DNA from: Phoronis australis
Taxonomy: Eukaryota > Animalia > Phoronida
Direction of reading: 5' to 3'
Assembly: GCA_002633005.1 (NCBI GenBank)
Contig: NMRA01000172.1
Span: 120,229 to 184,228 of the forward strand
DNA: 64,000 bases
In this document: positions 54,540 to 64,000 of the stretch, piece after piece
Position numbering within the stretch: the stretch's first letter is position 1
How the letters are laid out: every line of letters starts with the position of its first letter
Made by a program: the position numbers and the translations under genes
The notes under the pieces: generated by a model
What the model was told of the DNA's origin: nothing
What the model saw: the letters and a program-made list of their open reading frames with translations, nothing else
The model's database searches: none

Positions 54540-55690
54540 ATTTTTATGCGCCCACATATTTATATGTGGACGCATTATGCCGTCATCTCTGTCCGTCCGG
54601 GCGGCGTCCGGCGTCTGCTGCTCTATCTCCAAAACCCTTTGACATACGTTCATGAAATTTGGCACATATGTTCCATTCTTGAATGGGACGGCATGTGTGA
54701 ACTTTCGGACGGATCCGACTACCGGTGTGCCCCCTAGTGGCAATTTTAGTTTTTTACGCTTAACTTTGTATCTTCAAAAGTCCTGAACGGATTTTCATGA
54801 AATTTGGTATGTAGGCACCTAATAGTGAGATGACGCTATCCTGCCGTTTTCAGATGGATTCGACATAGTTTGCGCCACCTAGTGGCCATTTTTAGTGTTT
54901 TCGAGTCTGTTTTTGTGCGTCCACCCCTCTATCAACCAAACCGCTCAAAGGATGATTGTGAAAATTGGCATGTATATGCTTACTATGTAGAGGATGGTTG
55001 ACGATGATTTTCCGACGATTTCGACTACTGTGGCGCCTCCTAGTGGCAGTTTTGTTTTTTTGCGCCTATGGCTGTATCTCCTAAACCGTTCGCAGGATCT
55101 TTACAAATTGTGTAAGTATATTTATATGATGTTAACAACGGAAGATGACGACTTTTGGTCGGATCCGACTACCGGTGTGCCCCCTAGTGGCAATTTTAGT
55201 TTTTTACGCTTACCTTTGTATCTTCAAAAGTATTGAACGGATTTTCATGAAATTTGGTATGTAGGCACCTATTAGTGAGATGACGCTATCCTACTGTTTT
55301 CAGATGGATTCGACGTAGTTTGCGCCACCTAGTGGCCATTTTTACTGTTTTCGAGTCTGTATTTTTGCGTCCACCCCTCTATCAACCAAACCGCTCAAAG
55401 GATGATTGTGAAAATTGGCGTGTATGTGCTTACTATAAGGAAGACAGCTGACAATGATTTTCAGACGATTTGGACTACTGTGGCGCCTCCTAGTGGCAGT
55501 TTTGTTTTTTTGCGCCCATGGCTGTATCTCCCAAACCGTTTGCAGGATCTTTACTAAATTTAGCAAGTGTATTTATGTGATGTTGACAACGGACGATGAC
55601 GACTTTAGGATGATTCTGACTACCGGTATGCCTCTAGTGGCAATTTTAGTATTTGCCTCTAGTGGCAATTTTAGTATTTTACATTGACCT
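54540..55690 (+). mobile_element. Helentron/DINE-like non-autonomous element with internal ~450-bp tandem units
   Basis: tttttatgc start, short palindrome ccacatat-tt-atatgtgg, GTCC microsatellite seed, repeated atgaaatttgg and cc(c/a)ctagtggc modules (54705-55155 repeated at about 55155-55615). Related modules at about 130-900 and, inverted, about 32870-33260. Confidence 0.7.
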
Positions 55691-58411
55691 CTGTATTTTC
55701 ATAGGTCTTCAGGTGTATACTTTGTGTTACTTCGTGACTGTGAAGGAAAAGTTCCAAGTAGAAATTTGTTTCTGGCATTCTAATGCTGTGCTAATCTCGT
55801 ATGTTGGTAAATTTGTTTTTAATTCTATGTTTCTGTGGTGCTTTAAGCAACTGGTGTATAGGATGTGCTTGTATTATGAAGATTACTCACATTCTGCCCC
55901 TAGCCTATTGAGGAGACAATGACCATGCCTTTCCATTTTGCTAAGTACAACATACTACATATATGCCCTCTACTGGCCACTTTATGGTACCAATAAACAA
56001 CCCTAGAAGGATACCGTATGCGGTGCAATTGTGGGCGCATTTCAACGCTCTGTATTATATTCACAGTCAAAAAATATCTATGGAGACTGTATACTTTGAT
56101 CGCTGACTGTTTGTGTGTACTCAGTGGACTAAACACTGTGTAGACTTTCAAGTTGAAATCAATCGTCCATTTTATAAATTACCTTCAGTTCATAAAAGGT
56201 AATTTTTATAAAACAGATTTTTTGTTAGTGTTTTGTCAATGTTAACGTTATGTCAGTATTTCAGTGTTATAAATTCTGTGTTTTATCATTTGAATTGTCA
56301 CGAAATTCAGCATCACATCTTTAGGCTTGACCTAGCTTTACTAGAAACACGTTTTATTTGGACTACAAACGTGTTATTTGAGAATATGTCTTTCCGGGAA
56401 TATAAACAGGCTCAATGTCGCTGTGCAATTAAGCTAGGCATAATCACTGTCAGCTTTAGTGTGTTCTTAAAACCGTCGTCATTTTCACATTGTTCTGTAG
56501 TTCTGATTGAGCTGTGATTTTTGAAGTTTGTCATTCAGTGGTCATCTTGCCATGTCTTATCCATGTATTGTCTCTTCTATTGCCCATCAAATCAACAGTC
56601 ATTAGAAATGTGTTACATCTTGTATAATGCTTACCTTTAGAAGTATACCACTGTAAGGGTGTTTTTTATAGAATGACTGTTGTGGTCATGTGATAAGCAA
56701 CAAAATGGGCGTGTCTGACCTTTGTACATCTTGCTCATTAGCATACGTTTTTTATTATTATTTTAGTTATGATAAGAAGATCACTGCGCTGATCACAATC
56801 ATATGGGATATTCTAACTTTCTGTTACTTAGAGATCAGTGCCAGGTTTCGTAAGGATAAGTTGCCTCCTCTGTGAGTGCCCCCTAAAAGAGAAAGATAAT
56901 TTTGAAAAACTTCTGAAAAATTAATCCCATTATCCCTCGTCATAATCCAGGTGCTGGCTTGCAGGTGTCGTTATACGGGGTATTTTATGGTTTGCAATTA
57001 GCTGCTCATTACATTGACCTCACAGGCTGTGTACATGCTTCAACTGATTAGGGAGAGCACCATGTAAATCTGGTGCTATATGCAGGAACATTAAATCAGA
57101 GCGAGTCAAAATTTGACACTGTTTTATTTTAAGCGTTGTGTGATACTTATGGATGACAAACTCTTGATCCATCCATGGTTCAGCTCGGGCAAGGACCTAG
57201 GCATATGCATGCCACCTCTGCAATTAGTAGAGAGGTGACACATGGAATTTGTTTCTTAAAAGACTTTAATTTGATCTCGCGCTCCACACAACTGTTTTTG
57301 AAAAATAATTAAATCTCATTTGAGAAAAATTATAAAAAAAGTCTCTGAAAATATATTCATAACCGCAAGGTAGGGAGATTCTCCAATTATTTCTAGACTG
57401 TGATGCACTCATAATTACTTGGCTAAACTTTAATTCACCAATTTTGAAGTGGGAGTGCAAGACCAAATTTTTGTCTCGCGTCACTTTCATGAAACAGGCC
57501 CATGGAATCAAAGTTTTATTAAGGGAGCACAAAGTCTTGAATTACAAAGTTGTGAACTCACTTTGATGAGATACCTTGATCCCTGTAGTATTCATTGAAT
57601 GTTGGATCGTCAATTACTAACAGTGACTGAGGTTTGCAAATTTCCTTGAGCTATTGGTGCAATGCATTAATGATTTGCCGACTTTGTCTGTGTGTAAATA
57701 TTACTTTGTCTTGTAGGGGTACTTAGCTTTCATTTAATTTAATGTATTGTGAGACATGTTTTAGATTGTACATTTCAGGGAAAATTGTTGCCGCATGTAT
57801 GATTATTTAAATGTTTTCGGATTAATACATAATTGGAAATTGCATTACATTCGTTTTACTGGGTGTTGCCAAAGTATAATGTAAGATTTTAATACATTAA
57901 ACAAGTACGTGTCACATTTAGGCATAAAGTATATTTAAAGCAATACCAAGTCCTTCAACTGGTCAGAAACTGACAAGATGATTAGTAAACAAGAAAGGTA
58001 TGTCTTTTTTCACTCTCTGACTTGATAAATGTTGATAGCATTAGGATTACTTCACACTTTTTTAATCATTTATTGAAAATACAACATTTTTTTAAAAAAC
58101 TATGATGTGATTGAAATAATCATAACTGGTTGCGCTACCAGTATTATCACATCTTATCCAAGTGCTGCACAGCCGTGCACTGTGATTAGCCCATGAATTT
58201 TTACAGGAATTTCAAAACTCAGCTTATTGAGTTTTACAGGAGTGTGCATGTTTCTCAAAAACTGTCATGAACAGAAGCAATGTTGAAAATCAGGTACAAG
58301 CAGGTGACTAGCTTGATCAAGACAGCTGAAAATAAATATCAAAAAGAGACCTGGAGTGCTTAAAATTTTTGATGATTATCAAAAATGTTTGAAAGCCGCT
58401 ACTAATATCTG

Positions 58412-61400
58412 TCAAATCTGCCAAACTTTATTGAACTGATCCATTTCATCACCTTCATAGTCCCTGAATTCTTTAAGGAATACAGTCAATGGCTTCGACC
58501 GGGATTCCAACAATGTTGACAGTGTCACGCGAGACTCTAAGGACATGTCCGTATTATCATACACATCTAAGAAGCACAACAGTTGACACGTCTCCACAAG
58601 GTGAAGTATTGCAGAGCCGGATATGTTGGGACAGTTGAACAAACTGAGGTGGCTCAATGCATCTCTCGAGTATTTACAGATGGTTGATATAGATGTATCT
58701 GTGACATGATGGCAGCATGATAAATTGAGACTCTGCAGCAAACTCAGGTTCTGAAAACACAAAATGTCAGTAATGATTCAAACACCCACATAGCGCTAAT
58801 TGAGTCAAGTCAAAATGGTGTACCTCCCTCAAAGTGAATAAATGGTGTAAGAAGCTGTGAATCTTCCCACTCAAGTAATCTGTGAACTTCATTTGCTCCA
58901 CGCATGGTTTTATCAAATGTAATCAATGCTAACACATTAAAAAATGCAAGGGCTCCACTCAAAACATGAATGGTTTTCCATCATGGTACTGAACGGTCTT
59001 TAAAATGAATTTGAATTGTTCAACCTTTAAAACTCTTTCGCTAAAATACTTAGAAAAACGTGCTGAAATAATATGTCAAGTTATTTGGAACTTGTTACTG
59101 AATGAGCGTGGTTTCAAAAATACCTCTCATTTCCCTAAAAGTAAAATACTTATGACTCTGACACTACCGTAGTACATCTTGTGTATTTACACTGGCTAAC
59201 CTCAGTTTCACAATATCCGACGTCTGTTTGACGAAAAGTGACTAAGACTTACACACAGAAATTAGGTGTTTTACTCCAGAAGAAAACTATTTCTGAAAAG
59301 AATTAAAACTAATTTTAGCAAACAAATCAAGTATCTGATAGAATATATCCCTAATTGTCGCTTGTTGAGAAATTGTGCACAGCTCGGAATATTTCCAGGA
59401 AGTTTTGTGCCAATAGTTAGAGGACAAAACCTTAATTTGGCAATCATGAAGTCGGGGATTGTAAGACCAAATTTGTCCTCAATATCTGTTTGCATCCTCC
59501 TAACTATGAAACTAAACGACAATGCTATTTTAACATTATCTACTCTAAACAAAGTGCAGTTGTATTCATTGACAACTTGTAAACATGAAAAAATAATCTA
59601 CACATAGGTGACCTTTGCACTAATGACGTACCTCATGGCCTTGCGGGCGCACATAGCACCAAACACGTAATGTTATTCTTCAGCAACACATCACGATACT
59701 TACTAGACACATGCAGTTCCATGATTTGTAGTGGATCATTTTCACCACAAAACTCCTTCTTAAAACATTTATCAATTTTCAACCTACTTCGTATTCATAT
59801 CGTCACTATGTTGTGTTTCTAACTAATTTGGCCAAGCAATTACTAGAGATAAGGAATTAGCCTACAAGTTCAACTAAGTTTTAAGTCACTTTTCATGAAA
59901 CAGGTGAACCCCAGGCTACATACATACCTTCAAAAGTTGTTGAAGGGTGTGATCAGTAATGATGTATCCGCACCTTCGAAGGCAAAGAACTTTGAGGTGT
60001 GGGCACTGCGTGTAAATAGTTCTGATCATTCCCTGAGTAAGCACTGTGTTCCATAAGTTGAGGCACTCTATGTGGGGGTTCAGCAATATTTTTAATGCTG
60101 ATCCATTAAGTTTCTTCTTTAGTTTTAGTCGGCGAATCATGGAGCTATGAGGTAAACAAAAACCCGATATCAATTGATCGAAAGAGTTGAATTCACAGAC
60201 ATTTGGTGCAAAACATTTAATTAAAAACATTGTTTGTGGATATGGCAACAAATTCACCACCAACATGGCTGGTGGGTTAAATCTCCATTTTGGGTGATAA
60301 ATGAGAGATCACATTAAGAACATCTCAACGATGTAACAACAAAAAGACCATGTTTCTCTTTTGACTTCCAGTTTCTTATATTTCATATTCAAATCAACGA
60401 ATTTCAATTTCCAAAAGTAGAGTCGATGTAAAAACTGCTGCGTTTTCTCAGTGTTTAGCCATATGGCAAAATATTGAAACTGAAGTGAACATGAAAGATG
60501 AGCCATCAACAGACTTGTCCTCAAATGATTGGCTCTGGCCATATCAGTTTGGCTGGCAGCAGATTTGTGTCTATTGTTTGTGAGCCGTAGTGTACGCAAG
60601 GATGCAGATTTAAAGCAAGCACTAGTTGTACTACTTCATTAGTCTGGGCCATTTTATGATATTTTAAAAAGGAATTTTGAATGCTTTACCATAAAGACTA
60701 ATACACTCAATAGAAAGACAAAAAGTGTATGAAGATGATTCAATACAGTCACGGAAGTTTGATTTGTAACATAAGCCAACCCCATGAGAAAAAGGAATTT
60801 CACGCTATATGATACTGTCGCAACAGAAAACTGGGTTGAGGTGTGCGCGCAGTCAAAGAAACCGGCATAGGTATGTGCATCAGTGGAATGATTTTCCAAT
60901 TTGCCATATTTGCATATTTGCATATTGCATATTTGCATATTGCTGCTTGGAAAAAATAAATGCATAAGCCACTTTAAGCTCATAATATCAATCTTACCAT
61001 GACAAGAATCTATTTCCATTACCAAAAAGACCATCTAAACAAAAAATGGCAAATTAAGGTGCTGGCTCATTCATAAACAATGATTCAAAATTAGATGAGT
61101 GAAGGAATGTTTTTAAAACACAAAGCTCTTTGATTACGAATTCAATATTGACAGCTTAACAGCAATCAAATACCCCTTTGCAATAAGTACTTACTTGAGC
61201 AGATGTTCGTCAGGAAAGTTTTGCAAATCATAACAGTCCAAGTTGTCACAGATAACATCCATGCACTGCTCCAAGAGGCGAGCAACTTTACTGCCAGTGT
61301 GGCAAGGATTCTGTAACAAATTTAAAGCACAGCTCTGTAAACATGCCACTCAATCATGATCAACTATGCCTGGTGAATAAATGTTATAAGGGCTTTTTAG

Positions 61401-62751
61401 TGGGAATTGTATGAGAAAGACGACCTTATTTGACTATTATTACTGCCATTGTTATCATTTTTTTCACACACATAGCTTATCAATACTTCAGACTCTGATA
61501 ATCGTTGACTGAATGAAAATATCCACACCAGAACAACAGAACGGGCTTAACTCATTGATAGTTTACATAAAACTGATTAACCACTATTACCAAGCACATG
61601 CCAGGCTTGCAAGATGAGTCACTGACCACCAGCACAACAGTAAGATATATGTCCCATCTATCGTTGAAGCATCTTTTATAGACTAGTGAATGTTATTTCT
61701 TGTAAATTTTTCAGCAACTAAGATTCAGGCTGCAATCATAAATAAACTAAATCAGCTTACCCTGTGAATATGACGGCTATACAAGGACCGTACCATTACA
61801 TTTCCATTGCTGCACTTAACTTCAAATCGCTTGCCACCATGAAAGTTTGTGGAATGCCTTAGTTGGTACATGACATCATCACTAGTGAAAATGTTGAATT
61901 GTGGTAGTCTTACTAGGTCGGAAAACTGGACAAACCCTGGGAAAAAATAAAGAAACATATTACATTCACAGTCAATGTCACTTTTGCACAACAAAGGAGT
62001 ATTGGGATGTGTAATATAATGTTACCTTAGATACCTGTGCTAGCAGCTTGGCTTAGACAGGCACCTGTCTCTGCTGTCGCCTCTTAATTTGTGTGGCTGA
62101 CAGATGGGGTGACTGCCCCATAACCCTCTGTATGTTTCCATTTGACCTCAAGTACATAGACTGTAATGGTGTTCAGTCTCCTAATTTCATTGATGGTGTT
62201 GTGTGCCACCACGTTATTTCGATTCACAAGAGCGTATTCACTACAATGGACTGAAGGACTATTCGAGTTGCGGAAGTATTTGTTCAAAATGGAATAAGAC
62301 TCCAACTGCCCTTCACCAGCGTCCATCTGACTAGAAAGATACACACGGAATTTGATGGTATAGTCAGGGTTAACACGTTATGCATAATTTTCAGAAAATC
62401 TTCCGATGTACAGTCTTGATATGCCATGGTCTACCACTACCAGTGCCAGTGCGGCAGTGCCAGTGTGACGAAGAGACTGGGAAGGGCCTGGACCTTAATC
62501 CTGCTCTGTCCGACACTTTTAGTATCAATCCTGTAATGGAGTCTCAAGCATCCTTATCCATTGTCTCACAATCCGAACAAAATCCTGGGTTTTTGATATT
62601 AACTAAACTAATCTGATCAAATGATAAAAACCCAACAGTTACCATTCTGTGATACGTCCAAGCCTTCTTTTTGAGCCCCATATCTCAAAATATAACACAG
62701 TCGTTTGTCCAATCTCTCGCTTTTAGGCTTTTCACAAACTGATGCTGACAT
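58412..62751 (-). CDS. Uncharacterised 318-aa protein: Tpt1/KptA (tRNA 2'-phosphotransferase)-like N-terminal lobe + BC-box-like segment + AMN1-like LRRs
   Basis: Exons 62643-62751, 61761-61936, 61195-61310, 59928-60144, 58412-58750 (intron phases 1,0,2,0; 957 nt). In-frame TAG upstream of the ATG. Peptide MSASVCEKPKSERLDKRLCYILRYGAQKEGLDVSQNG|FVQFSDLVRLPQF..GKRFEV..VRSLYSRH, then VARLLEQCMDVICDNL, then Cys-containing LRRs (CPHLKVLCLRRCGYIITD, LQSLNLSCCHHVTD, LSHLSLFNCPNISG). Confidence 0.82.
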
Positions 62752-63837
62752 GTCGACGTGCTCTTGAAATGTAAAAATAATTTCCTCCCCGTTTTGGCAG
62801 TTGAGCTATAAGCATTTAACCAGTCTGTAAATAAATATTTACAGTTTGCACAACAGCTGGCAACATTGTCTGCTCGAGTTGCACAACCGGATGTTTTGGT
62901 TTTCATTTCCGTATCTGAGCAAAAGAAGCGTTCGATTTCTTCTCAAATACAATAGTAATGTCAAATTATTTTCAAGAGCACCAAAACACGGGAAATGTAT
63001 GGTTTAGAATGAAACATTAAAGTTGCAATTTTCCCTTTCTGAGAGTACAAAACATGATCTTGATCGTGTTTGAGTACAGCAGTCACTCAACAGAGGGCAG
63101 TGATGTTTGCAGACTGCAGCAAGGGCTAGCAGAAAGCAGAACCAGCTAGAGAGGGTAATTCTGTCAAGAGAACACGTGCCTTGAAAACGAATTGTTGTGT
63201 GATCATTTGTGGTAATATTGGATATTTACCATTGCACTAGCCAGACAACTAGCATGTTAGCCTTGGAGTAAAGTCTTCTACTTCATAGACTTATACTAGT
63301 AGGGCCTAGTACTAGACAAGCTAGACAGATGCACAGTGACAGTGCAGGCTACAGCTAGCTGGCTGGCCGGGCTAGTTGCATTGAGTTACTCCTTGTCCAC
63401 TACATGTATCATTATAGTTTTCTACGAAGGCTACCTTAGACAGTGTGTCTATGAAATTTGGACAGACTAGTGGTCTGGCATGTTTACACTTCAACGTTAA
63501 CATTGATCTAAATTCTGAGTGTGTAGTTGACTGTGTTGTAATGTGTTGGCCCTTTGCAATTTGCATGTCTAAACTAGTGAATGAAGTAGGAACATAATGA
63601 ACTATGGACAAGATGGTATTTTGACAATCATTTGACAGACATTGTTATTTCGTGTAGCACACCGGTTTTGACTGAAGAGCCAATGTCATTCATAATTCAA
63701 TCGAACATATAGTTTTTCTTCAGTTCTAACACTTGTGTTAGCAGTCCTCGTGAATCCAAGATTTTGTCCTAGGGACCTGACAAGGACAAACTCAGGATGC
63801 GTGAGATTCCTCCATTGAATCAATATAAACGTGAGCG

Positions 63838-63966
63838 AGCAGGCAGGGGTAGTGGGATGGGGTGCAGGCAGTGTAGTGGGATGGGGTGCAGGTAGGGGTA
63901 GTGGGATGAGGTGCAGGCAGGGGTAGTGGGATGGGGTGCAGGCAGGGGTAGTGAGATGGGGTGCAG
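63838..63966. repeat. 25-bp G-rich minisatellite, about 5 copies
   Basis: Unit gcaggcaggggtagtgggatggggt. Confidence 0.85.
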
Positions 63967-64000
63967 CAGAGGCGGATCTACGGGGGGGGGGTTCAGGGGG

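Noticed and set aside
62084-62344. 86-aa minus-strand ORF (MDAGEGQ...) and nearby LSK/RYLR-like words as the first exon of the Tpt1-LRR gene
   Set aside because: No stop-free path with a convincing donor into the phase-1 exon at 61936, whereas exon 62643-62751 supplies both the correct phase and the expected LCYILRYGA motif; treated as intron.

Overview
AT-rich, intron-containing animal DNA; gene and repeat style suggest a marine invertebrate, possibly lophotrochozoan (inference). Four spliced genes were rebuilt by hand from GT-AG junctions and reading-frame continuity. (1) The 3' part of USP30 (+, 1-7165). (2) A Hox-like-domain ceramide synthase, CERS5/6-like (-, 40975-11197), whose penultimate exon is tandemly duplicated into two frame-incompatible, apparently mutually exclusive versions (14340-14496 and 12935-13088) covering the loop reported to set acyl-chain specificity. 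(3) VMP1 (+, 44663-53286) with an unexpected N-terminal SAP-like domain, head-to-head with the ceramide synthase. (4) An uncharacterised 318-aa protein (-, 62751-58412) fusing a Tpt1/KptA-like N-terminal RNA lobe to a BC-box-like segment and AMN1-like leucine-rich repeats. Introns carry MITEs (Mutator-, Harbinger-, Kolobok- and Helentron-like), LINE and Penelope remnants, a tRNA-like Pol III element and several minisatellites. A probable haplotype-duplication assembly artefact surrounds the N at 8662. Most entries in the supplied ORF track are spurious or are exon fragments. Family assignments come from remembered motifs, not database searches.
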